Positions 1 to 8,466 of a stretch of DNA of 64,000 nucleotides are shown here, in pieces; position 1 is the first letter of the stretch, and every line of letters begins with the position of its first letter. Location of the stretch: NCBI GenBank assembly GCA_043809315.1, contig JAZDDX010000016.1, positions 1-64,000 of the forward strand, given 5' to 3'. The translations under genes were made by a program, and so were the position numbers. The stretch comes from Pseudomonadota bacterium (GTDB taxonomy: Bacteria; Bdellovibrionota_G; JALEGL01; DATDPG01). The notes beneath the pieces were generated by a model that was given only the letters and a program-made list of their open reading frames with translations, searched no databases and was not told where the DNA came from.

Positions 1-35
1 GGCGGGGCGGTTGCCTGCCACGGCCACCCCGGCAT

Positions 36-80
36 GCAAAGCCCGTGAAAGCCGCCGCAGGCGGATGGCGCGGGCTTTGC
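36..80. terminator. Hairpin immediately after the stop of the minus-strand alternative recombinase tail (possible terminator/3' structure)
   Basis: GCAAAGCCCG (36-45) is the perfect reverse complement of CGGGCTTTGC (71-80), with an inner CCGCC-GCA-GGCGG stem (52-64); no clear U-tract. Confidence 0.45.
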
Positions 81-143
81 TCACTCATCCCCGTACTTTC
101 TCTTGAAAAACCTTCGAATTTCGGCCCAAACTGCACGCCAATT
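81..143 (-). other. Orphan coding segment: alternative C-terminus of the serine recombinase (NWRAVWAEIRRFFKRKYGDE*)
   Basis: Minus strand 143->81 translates NWR-AVWAEIRRFFKRKYGDE-TGA, in frame with the inverted copy of the recombinase 3' end (..AENRDPANWR). Confidence 0.6.
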
Positions 144-224
144 TGCCGGGTCGCGATTTTCGGCGACGGCCGACCACGGCAACCCATAGAAAAATTCAGC
201 GTTTTGCCCGCTCGGCGAAAGTTC
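135..224. repeat. Inverted repeat, left arm (partner 1694-1784)
   Basis: 135-194 is a perfect 60-bp reverse complement of 1725-1784; it extends to 224/1694 with a 1-nt indel in an A-run and 3 mismatches. Confidence 0.95.
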
Positions 225-278
225 CAAATCGCACGGGAGAAACCGCCCTCCCTTCGCGATTTTGTATGCTTTCGCCTA

Positions 279-310
279 CGAACCGTAGTTTCGGAGCAAT
301 TCCTTTTGTG
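279..310. repeat. Second, more diverged block of the inverted repeat (partner 1663-1694)
   Basis: 28/32 identity to the reverse complement of 1663-1694; separated from the first block by a 54-nt insertion (225-278). Confidence 0.85.
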
Positions 311-341
311 CTCTGCCCGAAGGCGATCTAACGTTGCGCGG

Positions 342-1925
342 ATGCCTCTTCGTTACTTTCTCTACGCTCGCAAATCATCCGATTCGGAAGAGCGACAGAT
401 CCTCTCGATCGAGGCTCAGCTCACTGAGACCCGAATCTTCGCCGAGCGAGAGCACCTGCAAATCGTGCGCGAATTCACCGAGGCAATGTCGGCGAAGGAC
501 CCCGGCCGCCCCGTTTTCAACGAAATGATTTCGCGAGTCGAGAAAGGGGAAGCCCAGGGAATCATCGCTTGGCACCCGGATCGCCTCGCGCGCAACTCGC
601 TCGACGGCGGCCGGATTATCTACCTCTTGGATCGCGGGCTCCTTCAAGCCCTAAAGTTTCCCACATTTTGGTTCGAGGCGACCCCGCAGGGGAAATTCAT
701 GCTCAACATCGCCTTCGGGCAGTCGAAATATTTCAGCGACAACCTTTCGGTCAACGTCAAGCGCGGCCTCCGCCAGAAACTTCGGAGAGGTGAATGGCCC
801 GCGGTAGCACCCTTGGGGTACGTCCACGACACAAAACTCCGAAAGGTTGTCTTCGATCCCCAGAAGAGCGCTTTGGTGCGCCGCCTTTTCGACGTGTACG
901 CCGCCGGCCGCGACTCTCTGGAGAGTTTAAGGCTCGAGGCCGAGCGGTGGGGGTTACAAACCCGGCGCAACCGCCCGCTCGTCAAAACTGAGGTCCAGAG
1001 GATCCTCTCCAACCCATTTTATTTCGGCCTCATGCGATTCGGCGGGGAGGTACACGAGGGAAACCACCCACCGCTCGTCAGCAAAGCCCTTTTCGAAAGG
1101 GTTCAGACACAAATGGCCAACCGCGGCCGGCCGCATACCCGTCGTCGCACCTACTTCCCTCTCCTTGGCCTCGCAACGTGCGACAGTTGCGGCTGCGCCA
1201 TCACGGCAGAGCAGCAGAAGGGGCACAACTACTACCGCTGCACCAAAAAACGCGGACCCTGTCCTGAGCCATACCTTCGAGAAGAATCATTTGCCGAACA
1301 GGTCCGCGCAGCTATTTCTCGCGTCGCTCTGCCAGAGCCGACCTACGCCGCCATGCTGGCACAACTGGCCAAGGAAGAAGACGAAGCAAGCCACCCCGTT
1401 GCAAGAAAGAGGGAAGAGGCTCGCGCGAAAATCCAAGCCATTCAATCCAAGCTCGATCAACTTCTCGACGCCCATTTAGCCAAGGCGGTCGATCGATCCG
1501 AATACCTGGCCAAGAAGGAATCGCTTCTCAATGAAAAGCTCCAAACGGAAGAGGCGCTCGCCCAACTGGAGCTGGGGGCAACGGGTTGGCTCGAACCGTG
1601 TCGCAACTTCCTCACGGCGGCGCACCGGGCCAACGAGCTCGTTCGGGACGGCGACATGGCGACCCAAAAGGAATTCCTCCGAAACTGCGGCTCGAACTTT
1701 CGCTTGGCGGGCAAAACGCTGAATTTTTTCTATGGGTTGCCGTGGTCGGCCGTCGCCGAAAATCGCGACCCGGCAAATTGGCGTCCCCGACGGGATTCGA
1801 ACCCGTGTTACCGCCGTGAAAGGGCGATGTCCTGGACCGGGCTAGACGACAGGGACGCGCTTGGTGAGCCGGGATGGGATCGAACCATCGACCCACAGAT
1901 TAAAAGTCTGTTGCTCTACCACTGA
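342..1925 (+). CDS. Large serine recombinase/integrase (resolvase + recombinase + zinc ribbon + coiled coil), 527 aa
   Basis: YARKSSD catalytic motif, DRLARN, LxNPFYxG, CDSC..YYRC..C zinc ribbon; ATG at 342 precedes the catalytic domain; the last 46 aa are antisense tRNA sequence. Confidence 0.93.
   Translation: MPLRYFLYARKSSDSEERQILSIEAQLTETRIFAEREHLQIVREFTEAMSAKDPGRPVFNEMISRVEKGEAQGIIAWHPDRLARNSLDGGRIIYLLDRGLLQALKFPTFWFEATPQGKFMLNIAFGQSKYFSDNLSVNVKRGLRQKLRRGEWPAVAPLGYVHDTKLRKVVFDPQKSALVRRLFDVYAAGRDSLESLRLEAERWGLQTRRNRPLVKTEVQRILSNPFYFGLMRFGGEVHEGNHPPLVSKALFERVQTQMANRGRPHTRRRTYFPLLGLATCDSCGCAITAEQQKGHNYYRCTKKRGPCPEPYLREESFAEQVRAAISRVALPEPTYAAMLAQLAKEEDEASHPVARKREEARAKIQAIQSKLDQLLDAHLAKAVDRSEYLAKKESLLNEKLQTEEALAQLELGATGWLEPCRNFLTAAHRANELVRDGDMATQKEFLRNCGSNFRLAGKTLNFFYGLPWSAVAENRDPANWRPRRDSNPCYRRERAMSWTGLDDRDALGEPGWDRTIDPQIKSLLLYH
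1694..1784. repeat. Inverted repeat, right arm; overlaps the recombinase 3' end and the last 6 nt of tRNA-Glu (att-like junction)
   Basis: Partner of 135-224; identity ends exactly at ACGCCA, the tRNA 3' terminus. Confidence 0.95.
1779..1856 (-). tRNA. tRNA-Glu(TTC)
   Basis: Minus strand GTCCCTG...CGGGGAC-G-CCA acceptor, anticodon loop CTTTCAC, T-loop GGTTCGAATCC. Confidence 0.96.
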
Positions 1926-1936
1926 GCTACCGGCCC
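1862..1936 (-). tRNA. tRNA-Lys(TTT)
   Basis: Minus strand GGGCCGGTAGCTCAGTGGTAGAGC, anticodon loop CTTTTAA, GGTTCGATCC, CCA end. Confidence 0.96.
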
Positions 1937-1949
1937 GGTAAGGCGGACG

Positions 1950-1977
1950 GTTATACCCAAACTGAAGGATTCGGCAA
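1950..1977 (-). promoter_or_regulatory. Putative sigma70 promoter of the tRNA-Lys/Glu operon
   Basis: TTGCCG-N16-TATAAC on the minus strand just upstream of tRNA-Lys. Confidence 0.5.
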
Positions 1978-1982
1978 GCGTC

Positions 1983-2675
1983 CTATCGCTCCAGCGTCTT
2001 GGCTACGGCAGCCAGGGCATGGATGCGTGTCGTATCGAAGAGGGGAAGGACACTATGCTCCTGCTGGATCAACGGGGGCAGATCGGTGCAACCCAACACC
2101 ACCCCCTCCGCCCCTTGAGCCTTGAATCCCTGGATCATCTCCTGAAACCTCCGCCGGGAGGCATCTTCCAGCCTCCCGCGCGCGATCTCCTCGAAAATCA
2201 CCCGATGAACCTCCTCCCGGGAAGACTTGTCAGGGACGATCATTTCAATCCCCTTCCTTTTGAAAAACTGCGCGAAAAAGCCGTCCTCCATCGTCACGCG
2301 CGTCCCCAGAAGCCCCACCTTCCGGCACCCGTGAACTGCCAGTTCCAGAGCCACGACATCCAGGATCGATAGGAGCGGAATGGACACATTCTTCGCCACC
2401 TCCTCCGCGACTTTGTGAAGCGTGTTGGCGCAGATCAAAAAGAAATCGGCGCCACCGTCCGCGAGATGATTCCCCTCCCGCACGAGCATCTCTTTGATTC
2501 CGGCCCAGTTCTCCGCATGCACAAAATCCCACAGTTCCTGAAAGTCGATGCTGGCGAGAAGGATTTTGGCCGTATGCCGGTCCCCTGCCCTCTTCGACAC
2601 TTCTTCATTCAGGATCCGGTAATAGTCCGCAGTCGATTGCCACGTCGTGCCACCGATCAGGCCTATGGTCTTCAT
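1983..2675 (-). CDS. Aspartate/glutamate racemase family protein (YgeA/RacX-like)
   Basis: MKTIGLIGG start; two-cysteine motifs ICANTLH and LGCTDL. Confidence 0.9.
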   Translation of the reverse strand: MKTIGLIGGTTWQSTADYYRILNEEVSKRAGDRHTAKILLASIDFQELWDFVHAENWAGIKEMLVREGNHLADGGADFFLICANTLHKVAEEVAKNVSIPLLSILDVVALELAVHGCRKVGLLGTRVTMEDGFFAQFFKRKGIEMIVPDKSSREEVHRVIFEEIARGRLEDASRRRFQEMIQGFKAQGAEGVVLGCTDLPPLIQQEHSVLPLFDTTRIHALAAVAKTLER

Positions 2676-2760
2676 GCGGAGGATCATACACCAAACGCCG
2701 GAAGTTGCAGATTCCGCGAAGTTCACTAAACTCCGCGCGCAAACTAGAGGAAGGCGAGCT

Positions 2761-3978
2761 ATGAACCTAAGCCAAATCGCGCGGACCATCGGGGAATCGG
2801 TCACCCTCAAACTGAACGAAACGGCAGCCCTTTTGCGAGACAAAGGGGAGCCGGTCATCCATCTGGGAGGGGGGGAGCCGAAAACCAAACCGCCGCTCGA
2901 GGCGCTGATGAACGCCTCGGCCCTGCTCGACTCCGGGGAGATCCGCTACACCCCGGCCGACGGGATCCCGTCTCTCAAGAAGGCGATCATCCGCTACATG
3001 GACGAGTTCTATCATCATAGTATCGGTCCGGAGCATGTCATGGCCTCGGGGGGTGCCAAGCAGGCGATCATGGTCGCCTTGCAGGCGATCTTGAACCCGC
3101 AGGAGGAAGTGATCTTCCCGGCTCCGTACTGGGTCAGCTACCCAGAAATGGTGAAACTCTGCGGCGCCGTTCCGGTCCCGGTGCTCGGAGAGGACGGGAG
3201 CTTCTACCCCCGCCTCGCCGACATCGAGCGGAAGGTCTCGTCGTACACGCGGGCGGTCATCATCAACTCCCCGAACAACCCGACCGGCGCGGTTTATTCG
3301 AAAGAGTTCATCTCCGACATCGTCGAGTTCTGCGAGAAGCGGAAGCTCTTCCTGATCATGGACGACATCTATCACCGCCTCCTCTTCGATGCGCACCGAC
3401 CGATCAATTGCTACGACTTCGCCAAGGAGAAGGGGGAGAACTCGCAGCTGATCGTCATCAACGGTGTTTCGAAGCAGTACGCCATGACCGGTTTCCGGAT
3501 CGGTTGGGCGGTGGCGAACAAAAAGTTGATCGAAACGATGACGAACATCCAGAGCCATCAGACCTCCGGCCCGTCGGCCCTCCTTCAGCACGCGGCGGTC
3601 GGCGCTCTGCACGGTCCGCAGTCGAGCGTCGAAAGCCTGCGCGTGACGCTGGAGAACAACCGGAACGTACTCTTGAAAAAGCTGGCCGCCTTCAGCGGCG
3701 TCAAGGCGTTCAAGCCGGACGGGACCTTCTACTGTTTCGTCGACTTTTCGACTTACAACAAGAACTCCACGAAGCTTTCGAAGTTCCTTCTCGAAAAGGT
3801 GCTGGTCGTGACAGTTCCCGGCGTCGAATTCGGGATGGAGGGGTGGCTGCGCCTTTCGACCTGCGGCACCGTCAAGGACATCACGGAGGGGGTGGAGCGG
3901 ATGAAATGGGCGCTCGACCCGAACTCCCCGAACGAACTGTATCTCGGCAACCGCAAACTGATCAGGGATTGGACATGA
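2761..3978 (+). CDS. PLP-dependent class I/II aminotransferase (aspartate aminotransferase-like)
   Basis: GEP, GAKQA, PYWVSY, NSPNNPTG, DDIY, SKQYAMTGFRIG motifs. Confidence 0.92.
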   Translation: MNLSQIARTIGESVTLKLNETAALLRDKGEPVIHLGGGEPKTKPPLEALMNASALLDSGEIRYTPADGIPSLKKAIIRYMDEFYHHSIGPEHVMASGGAKQAIMVALQAILNPQEEVIFPAPYWVSYPEMVKLCGAVPVPVLGEDGSFYPRLADIERKVSSYTRAVIINSPNNPTGAVYSKEFISDIVEFCEKRKLFLIMDDIYHRLLFDAHRPINCYDFAKEKGENSQLIVINGVSKQYAMTGFRIGWAVANKKLIETMTNIQSHQTSGPSALLQHAAVGALHGPQSSVESLRVTLENNRNVLLKKLAAFSGVKAFKPDGTFYCFVDFSTYNKNSTKLSKFLLEKVLVVTVPGVEFGMEGWLRLSTCGTVKDITEGVERMKWALDPNSPNELYLGNRKLIRDWT

Positions 3979-5627
3979 CGAAATATCTCGAATTCGCCAC
4001 ACCGGCCATGAAACATGCCGCGGACCTCGCGGCGATCTTCGGCCCCGACAACCACGGATTGAAGGGGTTGGACCGGGTCTTCTGGAACCTTCCGACACCC
4101 GCCCTCTATGAAGAAGCGGTCTTCCGCGGAGAGGGGCATGTCGTCGCCGGCGGACCGCTCATCGTCCACACCGGCAAGCACACCGCCCGCGCGGCGGCCG
4201 ACAAATTCGTCCTGAAGGAGAGCTCCACCGAGGAAAAGATCTGGTGGGGGGAGTACAACCGTCCGTTCACGCACGAAAAGTTCAGCGGTCTCTTCAACCG
4301 GATCCAGGCTTATCTGCAGGGAGAGGAGCTGTTCGTCCAGGATTGCTATGTCGGAGGGGATCCCGAGTACCGGATGCCGATCCGGATCATCACCGAGTCC
4401 GCCTGGCAGAGCCTTTTCGCCCGGAACATGTTCATCAAGATCCGGGACCGGGACGAGCTGAAACGGCACATTCCGAAGTTCACGATGATCGCGGTCCCCT
4501 CGTTCAAAGCGAGCCCCACGATCGACGGAACCCGCACTGAGACGGCGATCATTCTGAACTTCGCGCAACGGCTCGGCCTGATCTGCGGAACAAGCTACGG
4601 CGGCGAGATCAAAAAGAGCATCTTCACCGTCTTGAACTTCCTTTTGCCCCAGCAGGACGTCCTAAGCATGCACTGCTCGGCGAACGTCGGAAAAGGGGGG
4701 GATGTCGCTCTCTTCTTCGGATTGAGCGGCACCGGCAAAACGACCCTTTCGGCCGATCCCGCCCGCGCCCTGATCGGGGATGACGAACACGGCTGGAGCG
4801 ACGGCGGGGTTTTCAACTTCGAGGGGGGCTGTTACGCGAAAGTGATTCGCCTTTCGGCGGAGAACGAACCGCAGATCCACTCCTGCACGCAACGGTTCGG
4901 GACGATCCTCGAGAACGTGGTGTACGACCCGGCCTCGCGGCGGATCAACCTGGACGACGACATGCTGACGGAGAACACGCGCGCGTCGTATCCGCTCGAG
5001 TTCATCCCGGGGGTGGTGCCGGACCGGATGGCCCGCTCGCATCCGAAGAACGTGATCTTCCTGACGTGCGACGCCTCCGGCGTCCTTCCGCCGATCTCAA
5101 GGCTGAGCCAAACACAGGCGATGTACCATTTCATCAGTGGCTACACGTCGAAGATCGCCGGGACCGAAATCGGGCTGGGGATTGAACCGCAGATCACCTT
5201 CAGCGCCTGTTTCGGAGCTCCGTTCATGGTGCACCACCCGTTCGTCTACGCCGATCTCCTGCGAAAGAAGATGGCGAAACATGGCGCGCAGTGCTGGCTG
5301 GTGAACACCGGCTGGACCGGCGGCTCGTTCGGCGTCGGGAAGCGAATCAGCATCCGTCACACGCGCAATCTTCTGAACGCGGCTCTCGACGGAAGCCTCC
5401 AGAAGGCCGAGTACCGGACCGACAAGCTGTTCGGCTTCGAGGTCCCGACCTCCTGCCCGAATGTTCCGAACGACGTCCTCGACCCGGCCAACACCTGGGG
5501 GAACAAGGACGAGTACTGGAAACGGTATGACGGCCTGGCGGCTCGTTACATCGAGAACTTCAAGCAGTTCGCCGAGGGATGCTCCGCGGAAGTGATCGCG
5601 GCCGGTCCGAAACGGAACCGAACCTGA
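3975..5627 (+). CDS. pckA: Phosphoenolpyruvate carboxykinase (ATP)
   Basis: YGGEIKK, MHCSAN, GLSGTGKTTLS, LIGDDEHGW, FNFEGGCYAK; ATGA overlap with the aminotransferase. Confidence 0.97.
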   Translation: MTKYLEFATPAMKHAADLAAIFGPDNHGLKGLDRVFWNLPTPALYEEAVFRGEGHVVAGGPLIVHTGKHTARAAADKFVLKESSTEEKIWWGEYNRPFTHEKFSGLFNRIQAYLQGEELFVQDCYVGGDPEYRMPIRIITESAWQSLFARNMFIKIRDRDELKRHIPKFTMIAVPSFKASPTIDGTRTETAIILNFAQRLGLICGTSYGGEIKKSIFTVLNFLLPQQDVLSMHCSANVGKGGDVALFFGLSGTGKTTLSADPARALIGDDEHGWSDGGVFNFEGGCYAKVIRLSAENEPQIHSCTQRFGTILENVVYDPASRRINLDDDMLTENTRASYPLEFIPGVVPDRMARSHPKNVIFLTCDASGVLPPISRLSQTQAMYHFISGYTSKIAGTEIGLGIEPQITFSACFGAPFMVHHPFVYADLLRKKMAKHGAQCWLVNTGWTGGSFGVGKRISIRHTRNLLNAALDGSLQKAEYRTDKLFGFEVPTSCPNVPNDVLDPANTWGNKDEYWKRYDGLAARYIENFKQFAEGCSAEVIAAGPKRNRT

Positions 5628-6917
5628 CTAGAAAACGTCGCGCACGACGATCTGCGCGCTTCGCTCGGCTCCGGTCGAGACGAGCGAGACCCGTGTCTTC
5701 GTGAGCGCCTCGATCCGTTTCAGGAATCGACGAGCGGGAACCGGCAAGTCGGAAAGCTTCTTCGCCTTTTTGGGCAACGTCTTCCACCCCGGTAGCTCTT
5801 CATAGATCGGCTTCGACTCGGCCAACAAGCGCCCTTCGGGGATCAGGACGTCGGAAACCTCCCCCTGTCGCTCGTACGCCGTCGCGATCTTGATCGTCTT
5901 GAACCCGTTCAGGATATCGAGCTTCGTCACCGCGAGATCGGTGATCCCGTTCACGCGAACCGCGTGACGGAGCAGGACCGCATCGAGCCACCCACACCTT
6001 CGTGGCCGCCCCGTTGTCGCGCCGAACTCCTGTCCGCGCGCCCGCAACTCGTCCCCTTCCGCCCCTTGGAGCTCCGTCGGGAACGGCCCCTCTCCGACCC
6101 GGGTTGTGTACGCCTTCGTCACGCCGATCACGCGGTCGATCGCCGTCGGACCGATCCCGGCCCCGATGCACGCCGCCGCCGCCACCGTGTTCGACGAAGT
6201 CACATACGGATACGTCCCATGATCGACATCGAGCGACGTCCCCTGCGCCCCCTCGAACAGGACGTTCTTCTTCTTGCGATACGCTTGATCCACGATCACC
6301 GAGCTGTTCGCGACGTGCGCGGCGAACCATTTCGCGTGCCCGGCGTACTCGTCGACGATCTCTTTCGCATCCAATTCCTTTTCCCCGTACAGCTTCGAGA
6401 GGTGCCGGTTTTTCTCTTCCAGAACTTGCTTCAGCTTCACCTCGAACCACTTCATCGACAGAAGCTCGCCGGCCCGGATCCCTTCGCGCGATGCTTTATC
6501 GACATACGTCGGACCGATCCCCCGACCCGTGGTCCCGACCCTGCGCGCTCCCAGTCGTTCTTCCGACAGCCGGTCCAGAAGCATGTGGTACGGGAGAATC
6601 AGGTGCGCGTTCCCGCTGATCCTGAGATTCTTCGGAGTGACCGGATACCCCTCCTTCTTCAGGAGCTCGATCTCCTTCGCCAGCTCCGGAACGTTCAGGA
6701 CGACACCGTTCCCGATCACGCAAACGCAGCTCCGGCGGAGGATTCCGGAGGGGATCTGGTGAAGAACGATCTTTCTCCCCCCGACGATGACGGTGTGTCC
6801 GGCGTTGTTCCCGCCCTGAAAACGGACCACCATGTCCGCCTCGCGCGAGAGAAAATCAACGATCTTCCCCTTCCCCTCATCCCCCCATTGCGCACCGATT
6901 AGAATGATGGTCGACAT
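5628..6917 (-). CDS. purA: Adenylosuccinate synthetase
   Basis: QWGDEGKGK, GGNNAGHT, GTTGRGIGP, TTGRPRRCGW. Confidence 0.98.
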   Translation of the reverse strand: MSTIILIGAQWGDEGKGKIVDFLSREADMVVRFQGGNNAGHTVIVGGRKIVLHQIPSGILRRSCVCVIGNGVVLNVPELAKEIELLKKEGYPVTPKNLRISGNAHLILPYHMLLDRLSEERLGARRVGTTGRGIGPTYVDKASREGIRAGELLSMKWFEVKLKQVLEEKNRHLSKLYGEKELDAKEIVDEYAGHAKWFAAHVANSSVIVDQAYRKKKNVLFEGAQGTSLDVDHGTYPYVTSSNTVAAAACIGAGIGPTAIDRVIGVTKAYTTRVGEGPFPTELQGAEGDELRARGQEFGATTGRPRRCGWLDAVLLRHAVRVNGITDLAVTKLDILNGFKTIKIATAYERQGEVSDVLIPEGRLLAESKPIYEELPGWKTLPKKAKKLSDLPVPARRFLKRIEALTKTRVSLVSTGAERSAQIVVRDVF

Positions 6918-6924
6918 GCGCGCC

Positions 6925-7383
6925 TCAAAGTCTGAGGTTTTCGAGCTGGCCGAGGAACTCCGTGAGCTGATCGACGTCGACCTGGTCGAACGCCGCGAGA
7001 TCGTGGCTGTCGAGGTCGAGGACTCCCAGGATTTTTTTCTTGTATTCGACCGGGATCACAAGCTCCGACTGGCTCTTCGGATCGCAGGCGATATGCCCCG
7101 GGAAATCTTCCACGTTCCTCACGACGATCGGTTTTTTCCGGACCACCGCGGTACCACACACCCCTCGCCCTGCCGGGATCTGGGCGCAGGCGACCTTCCC
7201 CTGATACGGACCGATCCAGAGCGTCTCCTCCACCAGGCGATAGACACCGACCCAGGTGACGTACGAAAGCCCTTCTTTGAGGAGCGCGATCAGGGAGACC
7301 AGAGCCGCCTCCCACGGCGGATTCTCGGCAACGATCTTCAAGAAGTCTTTCTCGATGGCTGCGTATTGGTCTTGTTTGTTCAT
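6925..7383 (-). CDS. GAF-domain protein, free methionine-R-sulfoxide reductase (MsrC)-like
   Basis: WVGVY, GPYQGKVAC, GRGVCG, GHIACD, SELVIP, LDLDS. Confidence 0.85.
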   Translation of the reverse strand: MNKQDQYAAIEKDFLKIVAENPPWEAALVSLIALLKEGLSYVTWVGVYRLVEETLWIGPYQGKVACAQIPAGRGVCGTAVVRKKPIVVRNVEDFPGHIACDPKSQSELVIPVEYKKKILGVLDLDSHDLAAFDQVDVDQLTEFLGQLENLRL

Positions 7384-7391
7384 GGATTCCT

Positions 7392-8342
7392 TTACGTCGG
7401 AACGTTGACGGCGTTGATCAGGGTATGGTCGATGAAGTAGGCGCGCAACTGTTCGGCGACCACAAGCGCCACGCGCTGCTGAGCTTCGTGTGTGGAAGCC
7501 CCCAGGTGCGGGGTCACGACCACGTTTTCGAGCCTCAGGAACGGGTGGTTCTTCGGCGGCGGTTCTTTCTCGAAGACGTCCACGGCGGCCGCTGCGACCT
7601 TCCCGCTCTTGAGCGCGGCGGCCAGCGCCTTCTCGTCGAGGAGAGCTCCTCGGGCGACATTCACGATCCGAACCCCGTCCTTCATCCGGGCGATCGTTTT
7701 CGCGTTGATGATCTTGCGGGTTTCTTTGTTAAGCGTCGCGTGGAGCGAGATGTAATCGGACCGTTTCCAGAGATCCGGGAGCGAGACCATCGAAACGCCG
7801 AGATCGCGCGCCACCGAAACCGGCACGTACGGGTCATTCGCGATGACGTCCATCTTGAGCCCCCGCGCGCACTGGGCAACCATCCGCCCGACGGTTCCGA
7901 GACCGATCAGGCCGAGCACCTTGTATCCAAGCTCAACGCCGGTGCACTTCTTCTTGTCCCAGATCCCTCGTTTGAGGGCGCAGTTCGCCTGCGGAATGTG
8001 ACGGGCGACCGAGATCATCATCCCGATCGTCAACTCCGCCACTGACACGGCGTTGGAGGAGGGGGTGTTCATGACGACGATCCCCTTCTTCGTCGCCGCG
8101 TCGACGTCGATGTTGTCGTACCCCATCCCGGCGCGCGCGACGACCTGGAGCTTCTTCCCCGCCTCGATCACCTTCCGGTCGACCTTCGTGGCGCTCCGGA
8201 CGACGAGCGCGTCGTAGTTGGCGACCGCTTTCAGGAGCTTCGGCTTCGCGAGCCCCTCGAAACGGTCGACGGTCGCTCCGGCGATCGCGCGGAGCGCGGT
8301 GAGCCCCTTTTCGGGGAGTGTATCGCAGACGAGAATTTTCAT
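7392..8342 (-). CDS. D-isomer 2-hydroxyacid dehydrogenase, SerA-like (no ACT domain)
   Basis: LVVRSATKV, RAGMGYDNID, GLGTVG, NVARG, DVFEKEPP, TPHLGAST. Confidence 0.88.
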   Translation of the reverse strand: MKILVCDTLPEKGLTALRAIAGATVDRFEGLAKPKLLKAVANYDALVVRSATKVDRKVIEAGKKLQVVARAGMGYDNIDVDAATKKGIVVMNTPSSNAVSVAELTIGMMISVARHIPQANCALKRGIWDKKKCTGVELGYKVLGLIGLGTVGRMVAQCARGLKMDVIANDPYVPVSVARDLGVSMVSLPDLWKRSDYISLHATLNKETRKIINAKTIARMKDGVRIVNVARGALLDEKALAAALKSGKVAAAAVDVFEKEPPPKNHPFLRLENVVVTPHLGASTHEAQQRVALVVAEQLRAYFIDHTLINAVNVPT

Positions 8343-8466
8343 ACCTGCCCATCCGGGCGGTGCGATCTTACGTAAAACGTTCGGATTAGGGAACTGGTCG
8401 CAAACCAACGCGGGGCGTTAGCGACGTTCGCTTTACACCCCAATTTCAGCATCTTATAACTCGATC

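Noticed and set aside
45-341. 99-aa N-terminal extension of the recombinase ORF
   Set aside because: It is largely the antisense of the inverted repeat; the catalytic domain begins right after ATG 342.
135-1784. DGR template/variable repeat pair or IS terminal inverted repeats
   Set aside because: There is no reverse transcriptase and the mismatches are not adenine-specific. One arm lies inside the CDS, there is no DDE transposase, and no target duplication is seen.
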